DNA from: Chiloscyllium plagiosum
Taxonomy: Eukaryota
Direction of reading: 5' to 3'
DNA: 64,000 nt
NCBI RefSeq assembly: GCF_004010195.1
Contig: NC_057719.1
Location: 21,280,418 to 21,344,417, forward strand
Part shown: piece by piece, positions 11,860-23,955 of the stretch
Position numbering within the stretch: the stretch's first letter is position 1
Layout: each line of letters opens with the position of its first letter
Made by a program: the position numbers and the translations under genes
The notes under the pieces: model-generated
Seen by the model: the letters and a program-made list of their open reading frames with translations, nothing else
What the model was told of the DNA's origin: nothing
The model's database searches: none

Positions 11860-12866
11860 CTTCCAATTAAACCTGTTGGACTATAACCTGGTATTGTGTG
11901 ATTTTTAACTTTGTACACCCCAGTCCAACACCGGCGTCTCCAAATCACATTACTATAGGCTGTTTATTTAGTATTAATTTAAAACTAGTCATCTATTTGC
12001 CATATAGGACGGAGAACTGCAGGTGCAGACACTTAGATGCCTATCAAGCACAGAGTATCCTTGTCCCTTTTGAGGAACAAATGCCATTTTTCAGGTTCAC
12101 GGGACTATTTTCTTTGGGCCTTTGTGCCCTCTCTTGTTCAGCGAAGGCACTTTGCTGATTAGCCCAAGACCTGAAGAGAACTGAGAAAAGAACACATCTG
12201 TTTGTGCTGCAATTGGAAGAAATCAAAATATCTGAAATCTGTATTATTTCAGCAAATGTGCAAAATTACAACCAGCCTTCAAATTGTTTGTACAAGTCCT
12301 CAGAAACCTTGAACTATTTTGAAGATTTCAACCACGCATGATGATAATTATATCTATAATTCTGTGGAGATTTAAGGTAAAGTGCACATTGGTGCTTAAT
12401 ATGATTTCCCTTTTTGCTAACACCTGGTATAAACATAGTCAGTTAAGGTGGGAAGCAAAGGCAATTTCTGCAAAGAGCAAATCCAAGTATTTAAAAAATA
12501 ATTAAAACTTGCTTAAAGTAAGAATTGTTCCTATGAGAAATTTCCTTTCTCACTGTAACTAATTGATCCCATGAATCATACATTACTGAAATTGCTTCCA
12601 ATCCACAGGGTTTTATGTGGAAAGATCTGCAACACATAGCAACCTCCTTAAAGCTCGGTAAGAGAAAGAAATCTCTTAGTAATTCATTATGTTATACAGG
12701 TGATGGTGGACTTAATACCATTGCAGTCTGGGAATTAAAACAAGGATGAAAGTCTTGTTAGAGGAAGAGCTCAGCACAAAATTAGTCTCACGGTAATATC
12801 ACAACAGCTGTTTCTACGCACCATTAAGGTATTTTCACATGAAGCTGCTCAGTGCAGTGACTCATT

Positions 12867-13550
12867 CAAGATGGCAACTCCGGCAAGGTAGGCAATGTTC
12901 AAGCTCCTGGGCCCAGCTGCTCCACATAGCTGCTTCTTCCCTTCTTTCCATCTTTTCATCTTCTTTCTCTTTCTTTTTCTTCATCTTCTTCCTGTCGGCG
13001 GCAGATGTGGGGGTGACATCATGGAGGGAGGCAGCCGGAATGGAATTCTTGATGAAGCTTGGTGTTGGAGCCAGGGACTCCAGGCATCAACAAAGTTGTG
13101 TCGGCTACGGAGCCAAGGACTCCTAGTTGCAGTAGGTCTGGAGGGGGGACTCCTGGTTATTGGCAAGGCAGTGGCAGCAGCTCCTGGTTGTGGTAGGCCT
13201 GAAGCCAGGGTCTCCTGGTTGTTGACAAGCCAATGGTGGCAGTGGAGCCGAGGGCTCCTGCGGTTGGCAAGTGCGGGTCCAGCATGGGAGCTGGCTTTGG
13301 TAGCCTAGCGATGAAGAGATAGTGCCTGAAGAGTGGTGATTACGAAGTTGGTGGATCCCTGCCGATGCTAGCACGGGTGTCGTTGGTTGACCGGCTCAGG
13401 GCTCGGGACTCAGGACTCATGGCAGAGCGAAGATGGACTTTCTTTCAGCTTTGACTGGCGCTGGAGTGTGACAACAGTTGAAGCTTTGCACTGTATTTAA
13501 GTAGTGTTCATTGTAGAGTACAAGTGACAATAAATCATCAATCATTCATT
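12867..13550 (+). mobile_element. Non-coding GC-rich element with a Rex1-like 3' tail (putative non-autonomous LINE derivative)
   Basis: Starts caagatggc, then a pyrimidine tract and GC-rich body; ends tttgcactgta..gtacaagtgacaataaa(tcat)n. Confidence 0.6.
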
Positions 13551-15329
13551 TATTTACGATTTGGGCTACTCTCAGTGAACTGACACTTTGGTTGGATTCA
13601 TAATCCATCAATAAAAATACACCCATTCACATTGGCATCACAAAGAGTGATCCTGGTATTACTGCTACACTTGGCAGGTAATTAAATAGGAACATTATTG
13701 GTCAATGCTCCATAGTATTAATCAAATTTGATAATTTGTACCTGCAGCTCACATTACGGTAAATCAATCAGATTGAGAGTAGGCGGGCTGTCAGTAGAAA
13801 TGGTAATTCTGGAAGAAACAATATTAAAGACAGGTAGGGATATTCTCTCTGACAATTATAATAGAAGTTCACTCAGTCTACGTTATGGTGTCACACAGGA
13901 AAATAATTTTTTGTCATCACAACCCCAGCCCTCCCCCACCCCATGTTGAAAAAGAAAGGGAAAATTGCACTGGCTCTTTGCTCCATATATTAGCAGTTAG
14001 GAAGTGAAAATTCAGTACATAAGAGGAAAAAAAACTTTGCCTGCATCTGTTGAAAGGATTTACTCCTAAAGTCAAAGAGAAAATAAGATGTTTTGGATAG
14101 TGTTAGTTTTTAAAGGGTTAATCTTAAGTAGTCATTAAGAAATTGTTAAAACATCAACAATTGAAGGAAATGTTTGGTCAGTGTGAGGATCTAACCATGT
14201 GTGCCAGATTCCCAAGGATCTGATCAGCGCAATTATTTTGGAGATGTAACAATTGCTTCACATTTCATTTAAAAAAGTGAATATTTCTGTCAAGATTTTA
14301 CAAAGAAAACCTGAACAAAAGTTCAAATCTGTTATATCAAGTGAGTCATCAATAATTCGGCACATAGCTCATCCGCTGAGGTAAAATTTTTATGAACCAG
14401 ATGCCAAAAGAGTCAAGCAATGAGCAAAGGAAAGAATTATTTGAATTCTTTAAACAAGCTAGTTTTTCCAGAAAAACACGAGCGCTGTCAAGACTCCCAT
14501 GTTTGCTTGATGGTATTTCTCTGTCACAGAATTTGCACTGACATGATAATAACCATCCAAAGATCAAAATTTCATGCAAATGTGATATCAGAGTTTGGAT
14601 TCAAGCATGAATTAGATCATGTGAATTTGGTAATGAAATGAGATACAGATCACTTCCAGTTTGCAAGTAAACCAACCGAAATAATTAAAATAATTAAGAG
14701 TTATTAATAATGCATTTCCCAATTAAAGAAAGAAGTCAGTAGTATGATCTATCATTATGATAACCATATCTAGAATACCATTCCATTTATCCTGGGTTGA
14801 ATCTGATGCACTAACCTCAATTAATGTCCACTGACTAAGCAAGTGTCACATTTATTACATCAGCTCCTGAAATAATAATTAGAAACTATTGTGACGATCT
14901 TGCACCTCAGCAATTCCTTATGTCATTGTGAAACCTAAGGTTTAATGTCCAGTCATCAGCAAGTACAATACATTTTGACAATTGTCAGCAAAGCTGTTAG
15001 GCAGGGAGCTTGCCCGCGGGGACAATTATTATAGGCATTCCTTCTCATACTGCACCAGACAATGTAGGTATTTGAATACCCAAAAAAGTCTGTGAAATGT
15101 GAAATTACATGACTGAAACTTGTTTATTGATATCATGAGATTGCTTGCAACCACTTACAGCATTCAAAGCATGGAGATGCTTTTATACTCGGGATAATTT
15201 TGTTTTTTTAAAGCATTCATCAGCTGAATACTCGTGTCACTGGCAAGGGCAACTTTTATTGCCCATTCCCAATTGCCCTTGATGAGCTTTCTTCTTCAAC
15301 TTTTTTGGCATTACAAGAATCATGTAGAG

Positions 15330-16340
15330 TTCTTTGTTGTGTTGGGTAATCATTCAGATCAGGTTAATATTCATGCTACAATGACTTCATCCATTCTCAT
15401 CTCACACATGTCAGACAATAACTGTCTCTGACAAGAGGAAATCTAACTATTGGCCTTTGATATTTAATGGTATTACCAATGTTTTATCCCTCACTATCTT
15501 AGGAGATCACCATTGACTATAAACTGTGTGGAACCAGCCATTTAAATACAGTTGCAGATCAGAGGCTAAGAATTCTGTGGCAACTAATTCACGTCCTGAC
15601 TCCCCAAATCCTGTCCACCATCTACAAGACACAAGTCAAGAATGTGATTAAATACTTTCGCCTTGCTTCAATTAGTGCGGCTCCAAAAACACTGATGTTG
15701 ATAGTCGGGTGATACAGCTTATGGGAATGCCATTCCATGTCAAGTGAAGATGGTTGGTTTCTCTCTTGTTGGAGAAGGTTGGAAAATGCCTGACATTGTT
15801 TGATGTGAATGTTATTTTCCACTTATCAGCCCAAGTCTGGATGTTGCTGAGTTTAATTGCATTTGGAAACGTACTGCTTCAGTAACTGAGGAGTCACAAA
15901 TGGTGCTGAACGTGATGCAATCATCAGTGAATATTTCCACCTCTGAATTTATGATGGATGCAAGGTCATTTGTGGTGTAGTTCAAGAAGGTTGGGCTTAG
16001 CACACTTTAGCAGTGATGTCCTGGGACTGAAAGGATTGCCCTCTAATAATCAGAACTACATTCTTATGGGTAGGACTGCAAACAGTGAATGTTTTTGATT
16101 AACTGCAGTTTTGTTGGCCTTCCTTGTTGCCATGCTACCTTAGAGTTCAGGCCAGTGAATCTCAATTTACCTCTGGAGTTCTTTATTTCTAGCAATAATG
16201 GAATGAGGTAATCAGATCAGAAACTGAGACGCCATGACAGAGCTTTAAACTAAGTTTCAGTGACAGGGTTACTGCTTGTAAAATGCTGCTTGACAGCACT
16301 GTTGACAACTCTTCCCATCGCTTTACTGGTGATCAAAGTA
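15330..16340. mobile_element. Two old LINE RT fragments in opposite orientation (+ 15330-15690, - 15692-16340)
   Basis: Minus part reads LSPT.F....NDL..IINSEVEIFTDDCI; the plus part overlaps the same region of the consensus. Confidence 0.6.
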
Positions 16341-16370
16341 GAATAATGTGATGAAAATTAGCTGCGCTGC

Positions 16371-16845
16371 CATAGAGTCGTAGAGGTGTATAGCACGGAA
16401 ACAGACCCTTTGGTCCAACTCATCCATGCCGACCAGATATCCCAACCCAATCTAATCCCACCTGCCAGCACCCGGCCCATTTCCCTCCAAACCCTTCCTA
16501 TTCATATACCCATCCAAATGCCTCTGAAATGTTGCAATTGTACCAGCCTCCACCACATCCTCTGGTAGTTCATTCCATACACGTACTATCCTCTGTGTGA
16601 AAAAGTTGCCCCTTAGATTTTTTTTATATCTTTCCCCTCTCACCCTAAACCAATGTCCTCTAGTTCTGGACTCCCCGACCCCAAGGGAAAGACTTTGTCT
16701 ATTTACCCTATCCACGCCCCTCATAATTTTGTAAACCTCTATAAGGTCACCCCTCAGCCTCCGAAGCTCCAGCGAAAACAGCCCCAGCCTGTTCAGCCTC
16801 TCCCTATAGCTCAAATCCTCCAACCGTGGCAACATCCTTGTAAAT
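16371..16845 (-). mobile_element. CR1 LINE 3' end
   Basis: FTRMLPRLEDLSYRERLNRLGLFSLELRRLRGDLIEVYKI..TRGH..FFTQR..WNELP; tail ctctacgactctatg. Confidence 0.95.
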
Positions 16846-17384
16846 CCCACACTGTCAATTTTGCACATTACCTCTTTGATACCAGTGTTGTGGTTGAATT
16901 AGCTCAACATGGCTAAGGCAACTAACTCTGCTGCCTTCAGAGGTGTTGTCGGAGTACAATTTCATCTCTCTGAAGATGTTGCTCACTATTTCCAGAATTT
17001 TCTATTTTTAACTCCACCCAACACTACACTGAAGGACCGTCTAGACTCTATTCACCAATTTCAGAGAGTGGGACTTGACCTGATGGCCTTCTGATTCATA
17101 GCCAAGAGAGATACTATTAAGCCAATGCTGCTAATATTGAAGAGAAAATGCAAGGTTTCTCCCCCAAACATCATCAGGGTTGGATTATGACTATTTATCT
17201 GTTATTAATTTATTGTGCACTGTTAATTTTAGGTAGATCATTAAATATGTGGTGTTGATGTTTTAGGTAAGAAAACTGTGCATATGTTTTATATAATCAA
17301 GTAGGCATTTGGCAGTTCTATTTGTTAAGAGTTTGGTAGTTCTCACACTGGTACGATACCATTTTCCTTCAGAACAGAAAGCCC

Positions 17385-17520
17385 TCAACCAAAGAAGTCA
17401 TATTGGATCCAGAACATTAACTCTCATTCTCTCCAAGGATTGCTGCTAAGCCTACTGAGTTCCTCCAGGATTCAAGTGTTTCTGTTTTGGATTTCCAGCA
17501 TCTGCCATTTTTTGTTTTAT
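17385..17520 (+). mobile_element. Old PLE-tail remnant
   Basis: gaacattaactctc..ctgctaagcctactgagttcctccag..gatttccagcatctgc, same family as 22045 and 59168. Confidence 0.55.
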
Positions 17521-19239
17521 CTCATTGGTTAATTCTTTTGCATGAAATAAGGAATTTGTACATTAATCTAACTGGCTCAAGAATTGCATCAGCAATTTAT
17601 CATCGGGATTCCATATACAAATCAAATATTTCAAAATAATGACATTCAATTTGGTTACAGTCAGTTTGGCAGCTGACTACAAATTGAAATAAAAACATTA
17701 CAATATTTTCCACTTGGATGTGCTAAAACATGTTGGAAACTGACAGTCATGTAATTAAATAGACTTGATTGATTACATTTTCCTGAAAAGTATGTACAGA
17801 GACTATTGCATTTTAAATGCATCTCTTTATAATATTAATGGTGTGTTGATACATCATGGCATGACGTTGTGACATCAATACATTCATGGAGCACAATGCC
17901 AATGACTATATATGGACATTAAGGGGATAGATCTTTATTTGTTGGTGACATTGTAAAATGAGTGAACCAGCTGGCAGCCCATTCACCTCCCTTCTGATAT
18001 TATTTCCGTTGTCAAAATTAACACCTATCGCTTGGTGTTTGACAACTTTTGTTTCCATTAAAGAAACAAAACTATTGGAACAATTGAGTAATTAACTGCA
18101 GCAGATCAACAACCTGCATATAAAATTGATCAAGAAAATATTTGACCACCACGCAACAGTTACAGCACATCGACCAAATCAGTCATGTGTTTTAGCATAG
18201 TATGTTAAAAAATTTCTAAAATTGTGGAATGATGAGCAAACAAGATAGATGCAGGGGGCATGTTCCTGATGATGGGTGCGTCCAGAACCAGGGGTCACTG
18301 TCTCAAGACCAAGGTACAGTGAACATTTTTAACTTGGAATTCGGAAAAAAATGTTTTTTCCCAGAAGGCTGGTACACCAAACATAGCTGGAGATACACAT
18401 TAAGCTGTTGTGTGGCAAGGGAATTTCATCCCTACAGAGATAAATACATTTCAAACAATAGCCCTTCAATAATAGAAAACACAAGTCTTAACAGACTGGA
18501 CTGTAATATCTTATGACCATAAAGATAAAGAGGGCCTAATGACACACTGCTCAATAGCAAGATCTATCTGTTGATTATATCCAAAACTGTGTTTTTCCCT
18601 ATGGAAATACACAAGGACAAGGACTAAAAGAAACAGTCTCAATTCTGCTGTAGTGTACTAGTGGGAATGAATGTGTACAAGCCAGGATTTGGTCATTAGC
18701 TTGCTGATATGGTCACAGTGAAAGTACTATCCACTAGCTAACCCTGCGTTGCTGGTAAGTACACACTCATTCTCTCATTCTGAGTACTGCAAATCAGCTA
18801 AAAAGGAAACAAGAATGACAAGAGGTCTTTTTCACACCCTGAGTGCTGGAATTCATTTATGATCAAAAGGAATCTGAGCTCAGGAATCTCAGCCAATGTC
18901 TGAAAGTAAGGATTCTGAAACTGACTGTTCATGTACCAATGCCAATGGTAACCTCCACTGCAATGACTATGTTGTTCACCTTTCCACCTTTCACAAACAG
19001 TCAGAGACTGATCCATCTGTCTTTTATTTTGCTATAATTTTGGGGTTCCCCTCATTAATTCAATGAGGCCTGCTTTACTTGGTTCTTTTAAAAATACTGG
19101 TTCATTTGGGTCTGAATGACAGGTATAGGTGAGGGAAGAAAGCCTTTGTAAATTAATTTTGTCAGAAATAACTTATGGAGTGGATGAACAAAGGATGGAA
19201 GCCATTTTGTTTCTCCCTACCCAGGAGATTAACAGATTG

Positions 19240-20004
19240 GGATATCCCATCACGAAATTGGGGTCTGCTAACAAATTGAACCTAACTCTATTACACTCTC
19301 AGGCAGTGCATTTTAGATCCTATCACTCACTGCATAGAAATGTTTTTTTTAATCTTATGTCCTTTGTTTCCTTTTTGTCAGTCTCCTTAAATCTGTGTAC
19401 CTGGTGCTTCTTTCTTCTGACAATTAGAACAATTCTCTCTGTCTAAAACCCTCCTGGTTTTGAATATATTTATCAAATTTCATCTCGACCTTCACTTTTC
19501 TCAGAAGAACAATCTCAGCTTCTCCAATGTAAATATATAACTATAGACCTCAATCATGAAATCATTCTTGTAGATTTTTTTTCTGTGGCACATCTAAAAC
19601 TTTCATTTTCTTCCTGAAGTACCCTGAACTGGATACAGTGCTCCAGTAGAGGCTGAACAAGTACATCATAAACATCACAACTTCTTTTCTTTTGTACTCT
19701 GTGTCTTTATTAACACCAAATATACCTTTTCAATCACTTCCTCAACCTGCCCTGCCACCTACAATGAAGTATACTCATGTAACCCCAGATCCTTATTACT
19801 GCACTCCTCTTTGACCACCATAGTATTCTTTAGTTTCTACTGGCTCCCTTCATTCATCCTATTAAAATGTATTAATTTCATTTTTCTGCATTAAAATCCA
19901 TCTGCCACATTTTCACCCACTCAGCCAGTCTCTTTATGTCATCTTGAGGTCTATTATAATCCTCCCTATTCTTTGCAACAGCTCCAAACTTTGTGTTATC
20001 TTTG
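19240..20004 (-). mobile_element. Old degenerate CR1 3' fragment
   Basis: ctgaactggatacagtgctccag, aaatccatctgccac, ccaaactttgtgttatc are reverse CR1 RT motifs. Confidence 0.6.
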
Positions 20005-20021
20005 CAAAGTTAGTTAGTTTG

Positions 20022-20187
20022 AGCTGAAAAATGTGTTGCTGGAAAAGCGCAGCAGGTCAGGCAGCATCCAAGGAGCAGGAGAATTGACGTTTCGGGCATA
20101 AGCTCCTGCTCCTTGGATGCTGCCTGACCTGCTACGCTTTTCCAGCAACACATTTTTCAGCTCTGATCTCCAGCATCTGCAGTTTCT
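20022..20187. mobile_element. Fold-back PLE-tail insertion, 17-bp TSD
   Basis: ~60-bp near-perfect inverted arms; TSD caaagttagttagtttg at 20005-20021 and 20188-20204. Confidence 0.92.
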
Positions 20188-20454
20188 CAAAGTTAGTTAG
20201 TTTGCAAAGAAAATTAGATTAATTGTACAGAAACTTTCAAATATTTTCATCAAAATAATCACTGCATCTACTGTGTTTTAAAAGCTGTGCAGAACAATAT
20301 GTTTTAACAAAGCCAAGTTCTTGTTCAAATGTTGCCATTAAATTATTTATTGTTAGACCTGCTGAGCTTTCCAACAGTTTCTGTTTTTGTTTCTGATTTA
20401 CAGCATCCGCAGTACTTCCAGTTTTATCTGGCCTCGTATCGTCATTATCCAAAG

Positions 20455-20890
20455 ATCTAGGTTATGTTTGAGAACCTGGGTTGAAATTCCACTACAGTAG
20501 ATGATGAAGTTCCCGCTCAGTTTTTTTAAAAATCTGAAATTAGAAGCCTACTGATGATCATGAAACCCATGTCGAAAAACCTATATGGTTCACTACCGCC
20601 CTTGAGGGAAGAAAACTGCCTTCCTCACCTGGTCTGGCCTACATGTGACTCTGCAATGTGGTTTACTCTTAAATGTCCTCAGAAATGGCCCATCAAGCCA
20701 CCCAGTTGTAACATCTTCTAGAAAGGCTCAAAAACAGTGAACCCCCCAGCATCCAGCTCAGAAATATGAGTCTACCTACAGGACATAGAATACAGCAGAA
20801 GGTAGCTTTGAGTTTTCTCTCAAAGACAACTCGGGATGGTCAAAAAATGCTGGCCCAGTCAGCAAAGCCCACATCCCACAAATGAATTTT
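20455..20890 (+). mobile_element. tRNA-derived SINE remnant (same family as 48745-49250)
   Basis: cctgggttgaaattccac..ggttcacta..gggaagaaaactgcc..cctggtctggcctacatgtgact. Confidence 0.6.
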
Positions 20891-20984
20891 AAAAACTCAG
20901 GCTGAACTGCACTATCTCCATAGTGGGAAAAGACCAATATCTTCAGCTTTTAACTATTTTTTCACTATCTGTTTCAATCAAAAA

Positions 20985-21280
20985 GAAAGTCTAGCATTTA
21001 TACAATATAACTCATAACTTCAAAGCGTCCTAAAACATGTAACAGTCAATTCAGTGTTTTTGAAGTACGGTGAGTTTTATAATGTAAAAAACACTGCAGG
21101 TAATTTGCATGCCACAAGGTCCAACAAACAGCAATGTGATAACAACCTGGTAAAACTATTTCTGCGGCGGTAAATGCAGCATAAAAACCAACAGTGGACA
21201 CAGGCTCTTCTTTGAAAGGGTTCTATAAAATCTTTTATATCCACCTGAGGTATTTGGCAGGGTCTCAGATTAATTCTCTG
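20985..21280 (-). mobile_element. DeuSINE-like remnant
   Basis: Same tail as 9320-9500 (ttttgaagta..aatttgc..aacagcaatgtgataa). Confidence 0.5.
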
Positions 21281-22044
21281 TGGCAAGGAATTCCAAAAGC
21301 TCTCAACCCTCTGAGAGAAGAAATTCTGAGTCTTGAATTGGTGCCCATTCTGTACAGTAAGGTGACATGAGTCACAGCTTTAGTTGGTACATGGTATGTC
21401 ACCTATATTTCACCCCAATCTTTGCCACATTCTTGTGATGAAATTGTGTGCAGACTAGAGTGCCTTGACATTTCAAACTCTTACATCGTGGCCTACATCA
21501 ATAATCACAATTTTGACTGCAGATACCACTGCATGACCTCACTTGCATGATATTGCTGAGACAAACTCGTTGCATAAAATCCGAGGGTTGTGGCTACTTT
21601 CATGATCACTGATGAACAGCAAATGTATCTGAAGCTCCTCTTTTAGCAATTCACAGAAACAGCCAAAGACTATTAACTGTAGCCTCTTGGCACACAACTG
21701 TCCTAAGAACTGGAAAGGCACCCAAGCTATAGATTTCTGGGTGGTAACTGTCCTTCCTAATGAATCAGTGGGTATGCGGTCTGGTATGTTTTAGTTCTTT
21801 CTGTGTTATAAAATCTAGTGGTAAGGACATTTTCTTTTCTGAGGGAAAGACTTTGCAGAAGCTTTCTTTGTTCTGTTTTTCTACCCCTTCAGTTGTAGTT
21901 ATGTTTCTTGGTGAGCATTAGCCGATAGCAGAATAGAAAATATGCTTTCCTACTTCTCAAAAAAAATAAACTCAATGTGTGATTGTCAAGGAGCAGATAA
22001 GGACATTTCTTAAAAAAAGGTTTAGAGAATATCACATGAAAATG

Positions 22045-22147
22045 TTCTGAAGAATGAGTCACTGTTCCTGAAACATTAACTCCTCTTTCTCGCCACAGAT
22101 GCTACAGACCTGCTGAGTTTCTCCAGCAATTTCTGCTTTTCTTTCAA
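22045..22147 (+). mobile_element. Old PLE-tail remnant starting at a decayed hammerhead
   Basis: gtt CTGAAGA atgagtcactgttcct GAAA cattaac..cacagatgctacagacctgctgagtttctccagc. Confidence 0.65.
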
Positions 22148-23554
22148 GTGAATAAGTGGGACACATTCACGGATAAAGATCTTACAGAAGAAGTAAACCT
22201 TTTTTACCTATCTGCACTGAGTGCCAAAGTTTCGCCTTAATACATTTTTTTTTCTAATCTATGTAAATTGGATTCTAGGGATATTCCCATGTCAATGCAT
22301 TAGCGTGAAAGTGTTAATGTTAATGAAGACACCTCAGAGCTGAATTCAGGAGCATGGACATAACCCTTCAGCAGTTTAATTTGGAAATTCGTCCAAATTA
22401 TTCTAGGATCACTGGTGGGGTAGGGATGCTTAATCTTGCACTGTTAAAAGCACAAACAACATTATTTTACTCTGGTCCTCATGATTAATATTTTGAAATG
22501 GAAAAACAATGGTCTAATTTGAAATACCAATATTTAACAGTTCATGGTAAAGTCCTTGCTTACATATTGCCAATAATACAGCCTAAACCCCAAATAAACC
22601 ACAACAGAACAGCTGTTGGCATTTGTGTTATGTAGTTAATTCAATCTTCAGTGAAAATTCTTGATAAATGGAACTAGTTACACATGGCATTGCTCAAAAC
22701 CAGCGCTTGAATGGCAGGAGCAAAGTACTATATCTATTGAGGTCAGCTGTCTCTTTGATGCCTGATGCAGTGAGTCTAAATCTTCTGACCTCGTTGCAAA
22801 GCATAATCCACTTCTGAGCGTCACAGCAGAAGTTTACTGTTAAGCATGTCTTAATAGAAATCCTCATTTCAGCAGACTAGAATGGCAACTGCCTTGAGGT
22901 GAACATTGGAAGCATTCTGGATTTTGGTTCTGCAAGTCTGAAAAATGACAGATTAAATGATGCATTACTTGGTAGGATTACGTCAAAAATGAAACTGGTG
23001 GGCTAAAATATCTTTATTGTTAGAGTTCCAAAGGCCAGTAATATGAACTGCACTTGACCTGAGCGTTAAGCCTACATGAAGCAGATCAAAGTATGCCATA
23101 AACGTAACTATGCTGGTTGCCAGATTATAAATCCACATAAAATTTTAATGATTTTTTTTTTCAAACTATTGTCAATTACTGTCAATTACATATTGTGCTA
23201 TTTTCATGAGCAGCAGGCATTTCAGTAATATTTTATGTTCCATGAATAACTATAATTACAGAGTAAAAGTGAGTAATTACAATATTAGGTCATATTAAGA
23301 TACATTTGATGTCAATATTATATTTCATATCAAAGGAATTATGAGCCAACATGAATTATGAGGCATACTTCAAAGATTCTAATGTTCCATACTCAGGAGT
23401 GAAGTGTCACAAGGTTTTAAGCCTACTGCAGGATATTAAGAGAGTGATTTTGAGAATTCCAGTGTTTGCATATGGCTGAGAATTTGACAGTTGCTATGTG
23501 CCATATTTCCTCAGGAAACGTAATGTACAGTTTTCTTTTGATTGTTGGAATCCA

Positions 23555-23955
23555 GAAGAATGAAGGGATCTCAAAGAAACATATAAAATCCTGATGGGAC
23601 TGGGCAGGCTAGATGCAGGAAGAATGCTCCTGATGTTGGGTAACTCCAGAACTAGAGGTCACAGTCTAAGAATAAGAGGTAAGCCACTCAGGACTGAGAT
23701 GAGGAAGGATTTCTTTACTCGGAGAGCTGCAAAATCTGTGGAATTCTCACCCACAGAAAGCTGTTGGGACCAGTTCATTAGGTAGATTCAACAGGGAGCT
23801 GGACATGGCCTTTGCAGCTAAAGGGATCAAAGGGGATGAAGAGAAAGCACAAGTGAGTTACTGAAATTGCATGATCAGCCATGATCATATTGAATGGTGG
23901 TGCAGGCTCAAAGGGCCGAATGGCCTACTCCTGCACCTATTTTCTCTGTTACTAT
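23555..23955 (+). mobile_element. CR1 LINE 3' end
   Basis: DL.ETYKIL.GL.RLD..SRTRGHSLRIRG..FFT; 3' UTR gggccgaatggcctactcctgc. Confidence 0.9.

Larger units (their letters stand above)
10594..11947 (+). mobile_element. Penelope-like element (second family), 3' part with GIY-YIG remnant, CA-rich 3' UTR and hammerhead
   Basis: FKQPPNLKQIIVRSKL; SANVVCLLCCRQGCPEEWYIGETKQRLQQWMNG; QRLIAKFGTYGDGLN. Confidence 0.85.

Noticed and set aside
12044..12190. Minus-strand acceptor ttctcttcag at 12170 with a 42-codon open frame
   Set aside because: No donor or poly(A) support and no recognisable protein; not supportable as a feature
20022..20187. MITE or pre-miRNA interpretation of the long hairpins
   Set aside because: Arms are asymmetric PLE tail sequence with variable 9-17 bp TSDs, unlike DNA-transposon TIRs with fixed TSDs; no miRNA evidence is available
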